In this document: one piece after another, positions 62,341 through 64,000 of the stretch
How the letters are laid out: every line of letters begins with the position of its first letter
Numbering within the stretch: position 1 is the stretch's first letter
Assembly (NCBI GenBank): GCA_034667725.1
Contig: JAXDQS010000001.1
Location: forward strand, 288,001-352,000
DNA: 64,000 bases
Origin: Thermoplasmata archaeon
GTDB lineage: Archaea; Thermoplasmatota; E2; JACPAO01; JAHFTW01
Reading direction: 5' to 3'
The notes under the pieces: generated by a model
Seen by the model: the letters and a program-made list of their open reading frames with translations, nothing else
Told to the model about the DNA's origin: nothing
Databases searched by the model: none
Position numbers and translations under genes: made by a program

Positions 62341-64000
62341 ATGCCGGACGAACCGGGGTCGGCCCGCGCCCGTTTCCTCCGCTTCCGCAAGCGCACCGCC
62401 GTGCCCTCCAGCCCCATCCCCGTCCTCAACCTCGAAGGCATCGGGCCCGTGTTCGCCAAGAAGCTCGAGAAGGCCGGGGTCGCAGACTCCGAGGCCTTGG
62501 TCGCCGCCGACGCCGACGCCCTCGCCCGCAAGACCAAGATCCCCGCCGCCCAGATCCGCAAGTGGCAGGACATGGCCGAGCTGGTCCGCCTGCAAGGCAT
62601 CGGCCCCCAGTTCGCCGAGGTGCTGGTGCGCTGCGACGTCAACACCATCGCCGAACTGGCCCAGCAGGAGCCCAAGGCGCTGGCCGCCAAGATCACCGCC
62701 TACCTCGGCTCGCTGGAGTCAAGCGTCGTCGGCGCCTCCATCACGCCCAAGGTCGCGGGCAAGTGGGTCGCCGAGGCGCGCAAGGCCGCCCCGCCCCCGC
62801 CCGACGCCGGCGCCGCGGCACTCCAGCAGGTGCAAGGCAAGGCCGAGCCCGCCGACCCCGAGGAGGCGCCCCCCGAGCCCGTGGACGACGCCCAGCTCGC
62901 CGTCGACGCCAAGAAGGAGGCCGAACGCGGCTTCCTCACCCGCTTCAGCCGCCGGGTCGCGACCCCCGCCGAGTCGCCCGTCGCGGCGCCCCGCTTCCGC
63001 TTCGGCCGCCGCGCGCCGCCCGTCCAATGCGCCCAATGCGGCCACACCTTCCCCGTCGCCGCCGACGCCACCGAGGCCGAGTGCCCCCAGTGCCACGCCG
63101 TCCTCGGGCTGACGCCGCTTGCGGACCCGAAGGCGGACGCGAAGGCCGCCAAGGCCGCGAAGGCCGAGGCGAAGGCGGCCGAGCGCGCGGCCAAGGAGGA
63201 GGAACCGGCCAAGACGCCGCGCTTCGGGTTTGGCCGCAAGCCCAAGGAGGGGGAGCCGGTCGCTGCCCCCGAGCCCGAGCCCGTGAAGGGCCGCCGCAAG
63301 GCCGAGCCGGAGCCGGTCGCCGCCGTCGAGGAGCCCGCCAAGAAGCCGCGCTTCGGGTTTGGCCGCAAGCCCAAGGAAGATGCACCCGTCGAGCCGCCCG
63401 CAAAGGGCCTGCGCCTGCCGTTCGCGCGCCGCCCGAAGGAGGAGCCGCCGGCGGAGGTCGTGTTCACCGAGTCGCCGGCGCCGCCGCCCGCGAGGAAGGG
63501 CAAGGCGAAGGCCGAGCCCGCGCCGGCGCCCGAGCCTGCCCCCGAGGAGCCGGCCAAGAAGCCCCGGTTCGGCTTCGGCCGCAAGCCGAAGGAGGAGGTC
63601 GTCTTCACCGAGACCGAGCCCGAGCCGGCCGCCAAGGCGCCGCGCTTCGGCTTCGGCCGCAAGCAGAAGACCGAGGCGCCCGTGGCCGAGGCCGAGGCCG
63701 CCATCGAGGCCGCGCCGAAGAAGCCCCTGTTCCGCTTCGGCCGCAAGGACAAGCCCGAGGAGCCCGCCGCCGACGCCGGCGAGGCGAAGGCCGCGAAGCT
63801 CGCCGCCAAGGAGGAGAAGCGCAAGGCCGCCGAGCAGGCCAAGGCCGACAGGCTGGCCGCCAAGCAGGCCGCGAAGGAGGCAGCCGAGAAGGCGCGCGCC
63901 GACAAGGCGCCCGACGCCAAGGCGCAGGCCCGCGAGGCCAAGCGCCTGGCCGCGCAGGAGGAGCGCCGCCAACGCGAGCTGGAGCGCCGCCGCGCGCATG
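62341..64000 (+). CDS. DUF4332 (HhH) protein with zinc ribbon and FxFG-repeat disordered region, runs off the right edge
   Basis: Not in the ORF track. Manual translation: LEGIGPVFAKKLEKAGV...KWQDMAELVRLQGIGPQFAEVL...IAELAQ; CAQC...CPQC; repeated PRFGFGRK. Confidence 0.8.
   Translation, partial: MPDEPGSARARFLRFRKRTAVPSSPIPVLNLEGIGPVFAKKLEKAGVADSEALVAADADALARKTKIPAAQIRKWQDMAELVRLQGIGPQFAEVLVRCDVNTIAELAQQEPKALAAKITAYLGSLESSVVGASITPKVAGKWVAEARKAAPPPPDAGAAALQQVQGKAEPADPEEAPPEPVDDAQLAVDAKKEAERGFLTRFSRRVATPAESPVAAPRFRFGRRAPPVQCAQCGHTFPVAADATEAECPQCHAVLGLTPLADPKADAKAAKAAKAEAKAAERAAKEEEPAKTPRFGFGRKPKEGEPVAAPEPEPVKGRRKAEPEPVAAVEEPAKKPRFGFGRKPKEDAPVEPPAKGLRLPFARRPKEEPPAEVVFTESPAPPPARKGKAKAEPAPAPEPAPEEPAKKPRFGFGRKPKEEVVFTETEPEPAAKAPRFGFGRKQKTEAPVAEAEAAIEAAPKKPLFRFGRKDKPEEPAADAGEAKAAKLAAKEEKRKAAEQAKADRLAAKQAAKEAAEKARADKAPDAKAQAREAKRLAAQEERRQRELERRRAH

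Noticed and set aside
62700-63999. Minus-strand ORFs 62700..63941 and 62719..63999
   Set aside because: Antisense shadows of the plus-strand DUF4332 gene starting at 62341.

Overview
High-GC archaeal chromosome segment. The archaeal call rests on rpl21e-rpo4(rpoF)-DUF655, DUF531, DUF54/UPF0201 and an archaeal-type FtsZ; Thermoplasmatota is a plausible but unproven lineage. The centrepiece is an intact, mostly translationally coupled ~29 kb operon (17738-46968, 19 genes) for an extracellular contractile injection system (eCIS, Afp/PVC-like): sheath, tube, DUF4255, AAA+ ATPase, tube initiator, LysM, hub, spike, PAAR-like tip, gp25, two baseplate-J proteins, tail protein and a DUF6519 beta-helix fibre. 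It has no capsid, terminase, integrase or lysis genes. It carries a DUF4157 cargo protein with an internal HNH-nuclease motif and an adjacent TPR gene. A lower-GC restriction island (Mrr, two MTase genes, GIY-YIG/helicase) sits at the 3' end of tRNA-Val(CAC), bounded by a partial tRNA repeat. The rest is housekeeping (acyl-CoA mutase with isobutyryl-CoA mutase signature residues, citrate synthase, Sua5, PurE, FtsZ, enolase) and surface proteins. Family names come from motif recognition by eye and need HMM confirmation; many starts were re-picked downstream of the ORF-track starts.
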